From assembly GCA_009602725.1 (NCBI GenBank), contig WELB01000006.1:616910-655233 (forward strand): a DNA stretch of 38,324 bases. Reading direction: 5' to 3'. Origin of the DNA: Spirogloea muscicola. Taxonomy: Eukaryota. This document shows positions 27,820-38,324 of this stretch, piece by piece (within the stretch, counting starts at the first letter, position 1; every line of letters starts with the position of its first letter). Position numbers and translations under genes: made by a program. The notes below the pieces were generated by a model that was not told the DNA's origin, searched no databases, and saw only the letters and a list, made by a program, of their open reading frames with translations.

Positions 27820-28314
27820 TCTCTCTCTCCCTCCCTCCCCTCCTCCCTCCGTCCTCCCTCGCCGGGCCCAGCTCACCTCCGACGTCCACCCCGCTTCCCT
27901 CCCACTGCGCCACCTCCCTGCCGGGCTATAACCCGTCCCCTCGTCTGGGGCCCCTACCCCCCTCCTCCCCCCGCCTGCCTCGCCGCTCCTATCCCTTCCC
28001 TCCCCTCCCCCCCCCTCCCCGCACCGTCCCCTGCTCTGAGCGCTGCTCTCAGCCGCCGCCGCATCGGCCACCTCCGCCGCCAGCCGCCGCGGCAGCCTCG
28101 CTCAGCCTCGCCCAGCCCCGCCATCCTCTCCCCTCCTCCTCCTCGCCGCTTTGTGTGGCTGCAGCCTCGTTGCGCAGGTCTCCCCGCCGCCGGTCGGACA
28201 ATCCACAGATGCCCATGCCCCGCCCGGAGCTCTCTCTGCCGCGGGAGGCGTTGCGATGGGGGACGCTGCCAGCTCGCTCCTGAGGCCCCGCGTCCGCAGC
28301 GTCGGCGCCTCCCC

Positions 28315-31300
28315 ATGCCGCTGTACAAGCGCAAGCCCTACCCGCCAGCCCCGCCATTGCCCGGCGCGCGCCCTGACGAGGAGCTCTTCGTGATCCGCTA
28401 CACCGGCGAGGCCTTCCGCAGCTACGAGTGAGCTGCCGGCAGCTCGACCACCCTCCTCGCCTCGCCTTCCTTGGAGAGCGGCAGCCGGCGCAGCTTTGCG
28501 GCGGCGGCGGCTGACATGCGCCGCCGCGCAGGGAGTACCTGGCGCGCGTGGCGCTGTACCGGGAGCGCGCGTGGGCGTGCAAGCACTCGGGCCGGTCGGG
28601 CCTGACGTTCGAGGAGGCACTGGCCAGCGAGGCGCGCTCGGCGGCGCGCGCCAAAGACGCCTTCCCCGAGCGCCACAAGGCCGCCGCGGCGGCCATCGTC
28701 CATGGCAGTGAGCGCCGCGGGCACGGCCGGATTGCCGCCAGTGCCGCTGTCACCGTTGCTGGAGTACCGGCGCTTGACGGCGTGCGGAGGAGCTCGTTCG
28801 CATGGCAGGCATGCTGCGGCTCGACGACCTCGTCACGAGCGTGTACGAGGCGGCGCGCAGCGAGTTTGCGGTCGGCGAGGTGGTGCTGTGCGCCCGCGAG
28901 GGCGCCGACGCGCTGTGAGAGCTCCAGCCGCTCCGTCGTCCTTCCCTCCATCCGTGCTCTGGCAGCCAAGGATCTGCCGATGCTGACGGCTTTCTTTGCG
29001 GGTGGGGCGGCGGTCGCGGCGTGCCAGCGAGCAGTGCGTGATCGTCAGCGAGGTGCAGAGCGCGTACATCCACAGCCATGACGGCCACGGCACTGCGGGC
29101 GCCGTGGCCGGCGAGCCGCACTACGAGGTGGAGTGGGCGGCCGGCCAGCTCACGGGCCTCGTGCCCTGCAGCAGCCTCCGGTGAGCCGCCGCCACTCCCC
29201 TATGCGGCTGTTGTCGCAGCTCTAACTGCGCCGTGCTGCTGCCAGGCTCACCTGGCCGCTGAGCCAGTGGCATCGCTTGGCATGGTGGCGGCAACGGCGG
29301 CGCAGGAGGGCAAAGCACCCCATCCCGCGCAGCGTGGTGCGGAGCTGGATCCTCGACATTGCCGCGCAACCTGCTGGCAAGGTGATCCTCAGCTTCTTCA
29401 GCTCAAAGCCCACAAACATTGTTAGGACCGGCGACGGGTGTCACAGCTGCCACTGTCTTGGCTCGTCACGTCGCTGTGCAGGTCGGCCCCTGGGCGGTGC
29501 GCCCGAGCGTGGCCCGGCGATACGGCCTCAGCGAGGGCGGTGCAGCCGACGGGCTGAAGCCGGGCCTGACGCCACTCCTGGAACGCGTGCTGGCGGATGT
29601 CCGTGCAGCGCGGGCGCGCACACGCGCCGCCGCCAAGGCCCGCGGCAGGGCTGCCAAGGAAGCGGCGGCGGCAGCAACGGCGACGATCCCGACAGCTGCA
29701 GCAGAAGCAGGTCAGGAGGCGGCGCCCGGAGCTACTGGCGGCACATCACCGGCAGTAAGAAAGCTGGCGGTGTTGGAGCCTTCGAGGGCAAAGGCTGCCA
29801 TGGAGGCGCCGCCGGCAAAAGCCAGCGTTGGAGTGGCCGTGGTGGCGCCAAAGAAGGCGGAGGAGGGTCGTCGAAGGTTGTCATGGCTGCCGTCGGCGAC
29901 CAGCAATGGCGGTGCATGGCCGTCGCCCCGCAGCAAGCTGAGCCGGTCCGCGGCAGGGCCTGGATGGCGTAGTGCTGCGCATTTCGACACCCAGGACATG
30001 GAGGAAGAGCTCCTCTTGGCGCGGCGCGCCGCGGCTGCTGCCGATGTGAGCAGCCGCCATCACAAGTCGCCGCCGCCGCCGTCGCCGCCGCCGCCACCGC
30101 CGCCTCTCGTAGCTGCACGCAAGCCCCAGGCAAAGCCTGCGCAGAGGCGGCCAGCCGCTGGAGTGGAAACTGCGGCCTCCACATCGGGTGTTTACCGCAT
30201 GGAGATGGCGGCTGGCGGGAGCGTCAAGTCCTCAGAGCACCGCAGCAGCTGGCGCGTTGAGGAGGCGCCCACAGCCCCCGACGATGGTCGCCGCCAGGAG
30301 GCGGAGGCCGGCAGCGGTCGCCCGAATGCTCTCAGCAGAGTTTGTGGCCCTCGCCTCTTGCTCGACTGCTACCAGCATCACCAGCCAAACCGCGTATTGA
30401 TGCAGCGCAGCAACTCAATCTGCTCGCTTGCTGCTGGCCTGCGTGCGGCGCGGCGCTGTGCGGTGGCCGGCCAGGAGGACGAGCAGGACGAGGACAGCGA
30501 GGAGCCATTCAACAAGGAGCGTTGCAGGTGTGCGCACGCTGAGCCCTCAGGAGCCCTCAAAGACCCTACCCAAGATTTCAGTGTCAGGCTGTTAAAGCAG
30601 AATTCTAAACCCTGTGCAGGCGGCCAGAAGCCCCAGCTTCCAATTGCACAGAGGAGCTCACTGCTGCACTGTCCCTCTGTCAGCGCTGTAGCACCCTGGC
30701 TGACTGACAGCAGGGCGCACCTACTCCTACAGATCTATGTATCCCTTTGAGAAAGACCAATTGCCATCAATCCTAAAGATACTGACAACAGAACTTCCAC
30801 AGGAGAACCACTAGCGGGCTTGTGGCTCACCGTCACGTTGTTACTGTCGTAGCAGCCGGCTCCTTCCTGGCTGAAAGGCAGCACGGTGCCATTGGCTTGC
30901 TGCTGCAGCGCGTGCCGGCGATACGCGTGCCCTGCTGGGTCACAGCTCCTGTTGTGCGACAGCTGCCCACGGTCGTACCACCTAGCCTGTCTAAATCCTC
31001 CATTGGTAAGCACTAAGCACCGTGAGGGCGGCTAACTGAGCCTTGTGTTACTTACTGAGCTTACAAATCCCCCTCTCAACTACCCCCCTCCTCTGTCTCC
31101 TTCTCCCCATCAGGGCTCCCTCCTCCCTCCCCCTGTGAGTTTGCTGCTAGAGCACAGGCAATGCTCACGGCCTCCTCTTGCCCGGCTGCATGCATCTGGC
31201 AGCTCTATTGTCGTGCAATTGCTTCTGTTGCGCCAGCTTGCTGTATAGGGACCCAATGGCAGCTCCCCAACCCAGAATGCTGGCCCGCAACATCAGGGTG

Positions 31301-34300
31301 TTACTGGCACCTGTGCGATGTGGGGGCACTATTGGCCAGGGCCCTGTTCCACAACCCTGCACCCATGTCCAGGTTCTGAGCGTTCGCAGCCTTAAGTGCT
31401 AGGGCGCCATGCCATGGTGCGCAGCAGGGCTCTGACGACCTGCCGGAGGGGGAGTGGCACTGCCCCAAGTGCGTCGCTTCACAGGCAAAGTAAGGAACGC
31501 GCTTTGGCCTGATTTAGCTGAGGCCATGATTTTGGCTTTTTGTGTACAAGTTGAATAATCCTAGTCCAAAGTCCTGCTGCTGTGGAGTTCGCCGTCTCGG
31601 TCTCTGTTGTGCCTCTTGGCAGCTTCCCTGGCCGTGCCTCCGGCCACGTGCAGGGCAGCGCACATGGAGATGCGGGTGCTGGAGCGGCAGCAGCGGCAGA
31701 CAGAGCGGGATCAGCGGCATCGGGAGCGCGAGAGAGCCAGGCTTGTGCGTTTCCTATCCTTCCTTGTGTGCAGGAAGCAGCTCTTGGCAGGGCATTGCTT
31801 TGTCCCCGAGCGTTTGGTGTGTATCTGCATCTCGCAATGGCTCAATCGTCAAGGAGGGAGGGTCAAGGCGGGCCTGCTTCCTTCCTGTTGCAGGAGGAGC
31901 GGGAGGACAGGGAGCGTCGACGGCTGGAGGAGAAGGCTGAGCGGAAGAAGCAGCGGATGGTGACCAAACCCTTTTACATTTCGCTGCACTGCATTTTGAG
32001 CATTGAGCATGCTCGCTGCTTGAGCAAGCCCAGCAGTCATTTGGCCAAGCTTTGGGGCTTGCTTGTAGTCTGGTCCTCAAGATCCAACACCTGCAGCCTA
32101 GCAGATGGACTGCTACCCCAACACATTTGGCGCCTGGAGGTGCCAGCATGGCATGCCAAAGGCTGAAAAATTTGCTTGCTCGCCTTTGTGACTTGTCTGT
32201 CTCGGACCGTCTCAGGAGGAGAGGGAGGAGCAAGCCAGGATGCGCGAAGATGAACGGGAGCGCAAGCGATTGGAGCGCATGCTCGCGGATCGGCGGTTGC
32301 AGTACCCAATTGAGGACCTGGAGGTGGAGGAGCGGGAGCGGGAGGAGGAGCTGCTGGCCGTAGCAGCGGGCATAGAACCGCCGCTGCCGCGCCCACGTTG
32401 CCCGCCACCCCGGCCTGTGGTGCTGGGGCAGGATGGCGGCATTGCACCTGCGATCGTGGGCGATGTCCTGGAGGTGTGGAACTTCTTCCAGGTCTTGGGG
32501 CAGCGGCTCAAGAGCCCCCAGGTGTGCACAGCCGACACTCTCAGGATGCAAGGCTTCGGTTCTCGGGGGTCTAGATATATTTGTTCAACATCATGGCTCA
32601 CAGCCTAAAAAGATTACTCGATGGAGGTTCTCTGCCGTTTGTCACTGCCGCTGCCTCTGCTCTGATGGGCTCGTGTGCTCATGCATGCTGCAGGTTTCCA
32701 TCCCCGAGCTTGTTGCCGCCCTTCTGCAGCCGCGCACTGGTGGTGTGCTCAGCACTCTGTACTCTAGCCTGATGAGGGGCATCATCCAGGCAGGCGCTGG
32801 ATGGCTGCCGGGCGGCGTTGATGCTGACGTCTGTGTCGCGGAGGAGGAGACGCTGGCCCGCTGGGAGCGATTCGTGGGCGGTGCACCTTGGCAGGAGGTC
32901 ATCCGCAGGTGCGCTGCTGGGGCCTAGCCCTAAAGCCCTAAACCTTCCGTACCGTAGACCCTGAGAGTGGACTTCTCAGTCACAAAAAATGATTCTTCTG
33001 TGCACACATCAGTAACCTGGACCACGGGAGCATATGAGCAGCAGGCCATGTCACAAACACTCCTGCAAGCATGTGCTTGCTTCATCATAGTAGTTGCCGG
33101 TCTGAGGTCAACATACTTGGAGTCATGCAGCTAAATAGTTGCAAATAGTAAAACTTGGGTTTGAAATTTGTGCTCTGGTTCGGTAGGTGGGAGTCAAGCT
33201 CGCTTCTTGAACGGTGGCGCTCCTTGGTTTACCATTCTGAGAAGCTAGCTCCACACATGCATGATTGCAGGTACCTCGCGCGGGGGTACCGGCACTTGCC
33301 AGAGACTCTGAAGCAGTCAGTAGATGCCCTTGGGACGATGGACATCCACGACATCCGGCCTGCGGTGCACCTGGAGATCCTCCGGTGCCTGTGCAACGAC
33401 TACCTGGAAGCGGAGAGCACCAAGGACTTTCTGGAGCAGAACCTGGAGGCCGCCGCTGACCTGCGGCGGCAGCGATACATGGAGGAGGTGGAGCTGCGGA
33501 GACAGCGCAACGAGGAGACGCGGCGGCTGAAGGAGGAGCGCAAGGTGGTAGGGGCTGTCAGAAATTCGGACCCTATGATGTCTGTGAGCGAAGCGGAGCC
33601 GGTGCCTGCAGGGAGGGCTCAGAGGACAGGCTCTGATTGGGACGAGGGGCTTCCGGGGCAGCCACAAGCGGCAGGAAAGCGGCAGCCGATGCGGAAGGAT
33701 GGGCAGGAGAAGGACGAGGCAGACAAGGAGGACGCGGAAGAGGAGGAGGAGGAGGAGCAGGACGAGGATGGCACTGGAGGCAAGGCGGGCTCCCTGCTGG
33801 AAGAGGATGCAGATGGGAACGAGGACGAGGAGGAGGACGAGCTCGCCTTCAAGCTGCCCGAGGACGTCAAGGCCTTTGGAGGTGACCCGCAGGATCGGAG
33901 GGCGGTGCTTGCGCATCGGGACATGGTGCGGAAGGAGGAGGAGCGCCTTCACAAGTACTTTTCGTGGCACCCTCAGGGCTGTCTGGACTGATTGCATTGC
34001 TCTCGTGCTCTCTGATATGTGCCATGCAACTTCAGCACATGCTTAGGCTGATCAAGTGGCAGCATTTTCAACATGCAGTTTGAAGGTGGAGTGGAGGAAG
34101 AAGAGGGAGCAGGCTCGCAAGGCAATCCTTGATCAGTCCAAGGCTGCAAAGCGAGCGAAGGCCGCGGAGAGGAGGAAGGTGTGGGGCCTCCTCCTCTGAC
34201 TTCCCCCCATGGCTGCTGCTTTGAGCTCGATCTCATTCCCTCAGTACATGACAGGATGGTTAGAAGACGTCAGTGCTTAGAGCTATAGCTGACATGAATA

Positions 34301-36247
34301 TATTTGCACTTTGGACGTGACCAGCATCCCTGTCTTCATTCATGCCTGAGTGCAGAAAGAGGCCCAGATGAGAGCAGACGATGAGGTGCGCAGGAAGAGG
34401 GAGGAAGTCTGCGAGAAAGAGCTGGGAAAGTTGACCCTGGGCACGGACCCAATTGGGTGGGATCGGCACCACAATCGATATTGGTCGTTTGCCGCAGATC
34501 GCAGCGTGCTCTTTGTCGAAGAGGCGAGGGTGCCAGCGCAGGCCGCAGGCGATGGGCCTTGTGGCATGTGGAAGGGCTACGACACCAGGGAGGAGTTGAC
34601 AGCGCTGCTGGCAGCGCTGAATGAGAAGGGTGTGCGAGAGATGGCTCTCAAGGAGGCGCTCCTGCGGGTGCACAAGCAGATCAAGCAGAGCATGCGCCGG
34701 AGCGAGAAGCTGAGGGGGGAACTTGGGCCAGCGGTGGAGGGGCCATGCAACCTGCTCCGAGAGCGTGGCGGGGAGCCACCGAGCAAGCAGGAGGGCTCCA
34801 CCAGCAGGGACAGTGGCTTAGCACTGTCCTTCGAAACCGGCTTCATTAGCAAGCTCCGTGCCTTTGCTGACTGCCTTGAGGCCCACAGCTTGCACGATCT
34901 GCATCCCATGATCGACGCAGCCGCGACTTTGGAAGACCATGCGGCTGTGCTCCTCAAGCTTGAGGGGCTTGTCTGCGAGTCAGCTTCGGCGAGGTCAGGC
35001 AGTGCCGAACCTGTGCCCAATGAAGGGGCCAATGGAACAGTGGAGGCAGACACTGACGATGAGGAGGGTGAGGAAGCAGACGAGGCGATGACGCTGAGCG
35101 AGCTGGAGGACGAGGAGGAGGTGGCAGGCACAAGGGATGGGAAGGGCCTGAAAGGGTTGTGGAAAACAGCTCGTGCTCGGAAGCTGTGGAGGAGGGAGGT
35201 GGAGGAGACCAGGACGTTCTCGAGGCTTGCATACGCAATCTCTTCCCTGTGGTACGAGGCTCGGTGCCATGCTGTCCTCCTTGATCTTTATGATAGAGCT
35301 TGCTAGCATACCCATGCCTGGCATCGCCTGCACCAAGGTTGCCATCCTGGACTGTATTATTGTGAGCATTTAAAAAGGTAATACTTGACGGGGCACACGG
35401 CTTCCAAGCGCAGGGAGCGATGCAAGGTATTGTGGGGGTCTGAGGCGAGCGTCAGCAAGAAGATGGGAGTGAAACGCTTGGCCTCAGTTGCGTCGCTGGC
35501 TCAACTACCACCGGCTACGCAGCCCAAGGAGGAGGAGAGCTCAGTGGACAAGGACGAGGATAGGTACAGCAAGCAGAGGGATAAGGAGGGGGCTTCAGGA
35601 ACCTCTGGAGAGCAGATGGATGAGGAGCTGGATGGGGCTGACATCGTGAAGAGGTTGACGAGGAGCAAGAAGAAGGTATCAGGTTCATGTGTGCATGTGC
35701 TTGTGTCTGGTCTCGCCATTGCTGGTCTTTGACCTCAACTTGTGAAGTGAGGTCTGACAACATTGGCAGAGCCCATTACATCGATGACCATCTGACTCGT
35801 TACTAACTGCCGTTGCAGTCCAAGAGCATGTCTGGGACCAACAGAGCGCCAAGTGACGAGGCTGCATACTCCAGCAGAGAAGGGGGTGCTTGCTGGAGCT
35901 GCGGGCTTGAAGTGGCACCCCATCGAAATGTCGTCTCGTGGCCGTGCTCAGGCTGCAGTAAGCAAGGCTGCAGTGGGCTCTCCAGAAAGCCAGCGAAGGA
36001 TGCGGCGAGCAATGTCGGCAAAGAATGTAGGCTGCCGCGAGAGGCATGTCAGAGCGAGGACAGAACTGGTGAAAGGCCAGGAAAGGGAGACGCAGGAAGT
36101 GGGGGTGCTCGCAAGCTGGAGCGGCAGAGCCAGGCGCTGCGCGTCTTGCGGCCACGCAGGGAGGCTCAAGCAGGCGCAGCAAGTGATGTCACCACAGGGG
36201 GGAGCTCTCACGTATTCCGCCGCGTCACGAGGTCCAGCAGACATTGA
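28315..36247 (+). CDS. ISWI-partner chromatin-remodelling subunit (ACF1/BAZ1-like): WAC - PHD - DDT - WHIM1 - WHIM2/3(WSD), multi-exon
   Basis: WAC: MPLYKRKPYP...EELFVIRYTGEAFRSYE|EYLARVALYRERAWACKHSGRSGLTFEEALASE. PHD: C|SACRRYACPAGSQLLLCDSCPRSYHLACLNPPL|GSDDLPEGEWHCPKC. Then YPIEDL and DDT: VGDVLEVWNFFQVLG...IPELVAAL. WHIM1: HLEILRCLCNDYL. WSD: PIGWDRHHNRYWSF...WKGYDTREELTALLAALNEKGVREMALKEAL. Stop at 36247; some internal boundaries are uncertain. Confidence 0.88.
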
Positions 36248-37022
36248 CTGCAACTGCAGGGGCACCTTGATGGGGCTCCTGAGCACACTGATCACTCACT
36301 CATGACTTTACTCTGCTTGAGGGAGGGATCTATTATTTAAGGCCCTGGCCTGATGTATACACCCATCCATCGCAAGCAGCCTTTTCACAAGATACCCTTA
36401 CAATCGAAGCAAGCAGTCATCTGCTTAACTGTGCACCTTGGCACATGCAGTTGAGCAATCCCACATGCAGCATATTACTGCCCACGTGTAGCAAGCTGCA
36501 ATAGAAGTATAGCTCCTGCATGCACATTACCAATGCCCTGCATACGATCGCCGACACCCTGCGTACCATGACGCGATGTTGTTGTCTTGATGGAGCTCTG
36601 GATGCTAGTGGTGCAGACTCAGGCTGGTTGTACTGCATCCTTACCCCGAGCATTTCTGCTGACCACGCACCAACTTCTGTCTCAAGAGTCCCAACTTGCC
36701 TCAGTAGGGGAGGAAAGGAGTTTGGGGCATGAAATTGTGACACCTGTGGAGCTGGACAGGGGAGGCTCTCGACATCTAGACCCTATGGAGGTGGTGTGCG
36801 AGGATGGCTCAAATTCCTCAAAGAGTTGGAGCGTGCTAGGAGCCATGTAGCTGATACTGGCCTGAGCCAAGGAAACCTGTCTTGATCATCATTACCAATC
36901 ATATTCGGTAAGTTCAAAAGTGATGAAGTCCCTCCCATTATATATCTGTACAGTGTTACCTACAGATTGAGGATGTGGTGACTGGACTTCATACATGCAG
37001 TTCCGTCAGACTTGCTCGTTTG

Positions 37023-38324
37023 CTAGCCCTGCGAAAGGTCAGCATCCTGGGGAGGGAGGCAGCAGACGCTTTGCGCCCAGATGTCCATTGACTGTGTAAA
37101 GCAGGGCAGGTCTGGAAACAGCAGGACACCCCGCGCATGTCGGACTTGGGTGTCGGCCCTGAGGCTGTGCAGCAATGCGCCCTCCATGCTGAGCTTTAGT
37201 GCCGGCTTTAACGGGCCTGCTGGCTCTGAAGCCAGTCCGATTGTTGACGCTGCAGTGTTGCTTTGGATGGAGAGTGTGTAGGTGTGATCCTCCAGCTTGT
37301 TGGGGCTCTTTGTGGTTGAGAGGTAGGCAACTATCAAGTGATCAAGGCTGCGATCGAGATGGAGCAGCTGCTGCCCGAGGTTGATGCTATACCCAAAGAC
37401 AATGAAGTCGATCCTTGCGATGCTCCCAGCAAAGAAGCCCCCGTTCGGTGAGCCTTCGGCGCAGCAAGCAGCGTGCTCGCGAAGGAGGTGCCGTCCAAGC
37501 TCCTGCGGCCAGACCTGGGCGCCGCAGGCTGGGCAGGGAACTGGGCGGTGGTCGCAAGCTTGGAGCATGTGCTCCTCCAGCTCATATGCGCGCAGCCTCG
37601 CGGAGCAGCCTCCCGCGCGATGGCTGCAGGTTACGCGCACCGCGTCGACAATGTGCTCGAGGGCGAGGTTGCGGACGGGCGCGCTCAGGGGCAGCTTGCA
37701 GGTGGGGCATGCAGCAACATTGGCCAGGCATTGCTCGCAGAGCACGTGCCCATTCCCGCACTGCAGTCCAATGCATGGAGTGTAAGGTGCACCGAACCCG
37801 ATGAGCCCCATTCTGTTCAGGCCCATAGCGGCAGCGGCTGCGCTGAAGGCGACGGCCAAAAGTGCAGCCGCGTTGATGAGCATTGATGGGCGCTGATGGG
37901 CGCGAGAGTGGCTGACTAGACCTTTCGAAGCTCACAGTGAACAAGCAATTAACGAGTCTTTCCTTCCGGACCTTCTCATTGTGCAGCGTTCCCACTTCTC
38001 ATCTGTGGAGGCCTGAGCTGCCGGGAAGTCTAGGCCACCGGCCTCTTGCCGCCACGCTGCCTGAGCCGGCAGGCAGGGCCGCCGCCGCTCACCTGGAAGA
38101 CGCGGCCGCGGAGGGCCTCCAGGCACACGGGGCACTCCAGGAGCTCCGTGTCCAGCTCGCCCGCAGCCCCCCTGGGCTGCGGCGCTCCATCGCCGTCCCC
38201 GCCGGTCGGGCAGCAGCCGCCGGAGGTCCCCGACAGTGGCGACTCGGCCTCGGCGAGGCGGCGCGGCGGAGCGCGCGACGGCGTCTGCGGCGGCTCCACC
38301 GGGGTCACTGCGCCGCCGCCGCCG
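37023..38324 (-). CDS. SINA/SIAH-like RING E3 ubiquitin ligase (5' end beyond the window), 2 visible exons
   Basis: The exon ending at 38093 reads ELDTELLECPVCLEALRGRVFQ. The exon 37760-37023 reads CGNGHVLCEQCLANVAACPTCKLPLSAPVRNLALEHIVDAVRVTCSHRAGGC...EEHMLQACDHRPVPCPAC...LGRHLLREH (RING plus SIAH-type Zn fingers). There is no in-frame ATG before the window edge. Confidence 0.88.

Noticed and set aside
26835..28283. Long ORFs of 339-482 aa (also 22644-23921 and 23305-24105)
   Set aside because: These are artefacts of translating through N gaps and GC-rich low-complexity sequence.
31739..31750. Apparent GC-AG donor in the WAC-DDT gene (AG|GCTTGT)
   Set aside because: A canonical in-phase donor CTT|GTGCGT a few nt downstream explains the junction.

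Overview
This is eukaryotic, intron-rich genomic DNA with GC-rich, (GCC)n-laden gene 5' ends. Its gene content resembles land plants (DUF4057 protein, PAT17-type DHHC, RecQ2-type helicase), so a streptophyte alga or early plant lineage is inferred but not proven. I assembled nine spliced protein-coding genes by hand: DHHC S-acyltransferase (-), RecQ helicase (+), nicastrin (-), MND1 (-), IscA (+), a DUF4057-family protein (-), an uncharacterised single-TM protein (-), a WAC-PHD-DDT-WHIM chromatin-remodelling subunit (+), and a SINA-like E3 ligase (-) whose 5' end lies beyond the window. The most notable non-housekeeping signal is a family of restriction-like-endonuclease (CRE-type) non-LTR retrotransposon 3' ends. 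Four diverged ORF-terminus copies sit in two tandem stacks (1-720 and 23960-24910). They are associated with a conserved ~80-nt 3' motif containing a GGGCTGG...CCAGCCC hairpin and a possible pseudoknot, and a solo copy of that motif lies at ~19115. A speculative telomerase-RNA-like arrangement (USE-like, TATA, CTAACCCTAAC) sits upstream of nicastrin. Two assembly gaps (23777-23911, 27061-27819) limit interpretation. All family assignments come from recalled motifs, not database searches.
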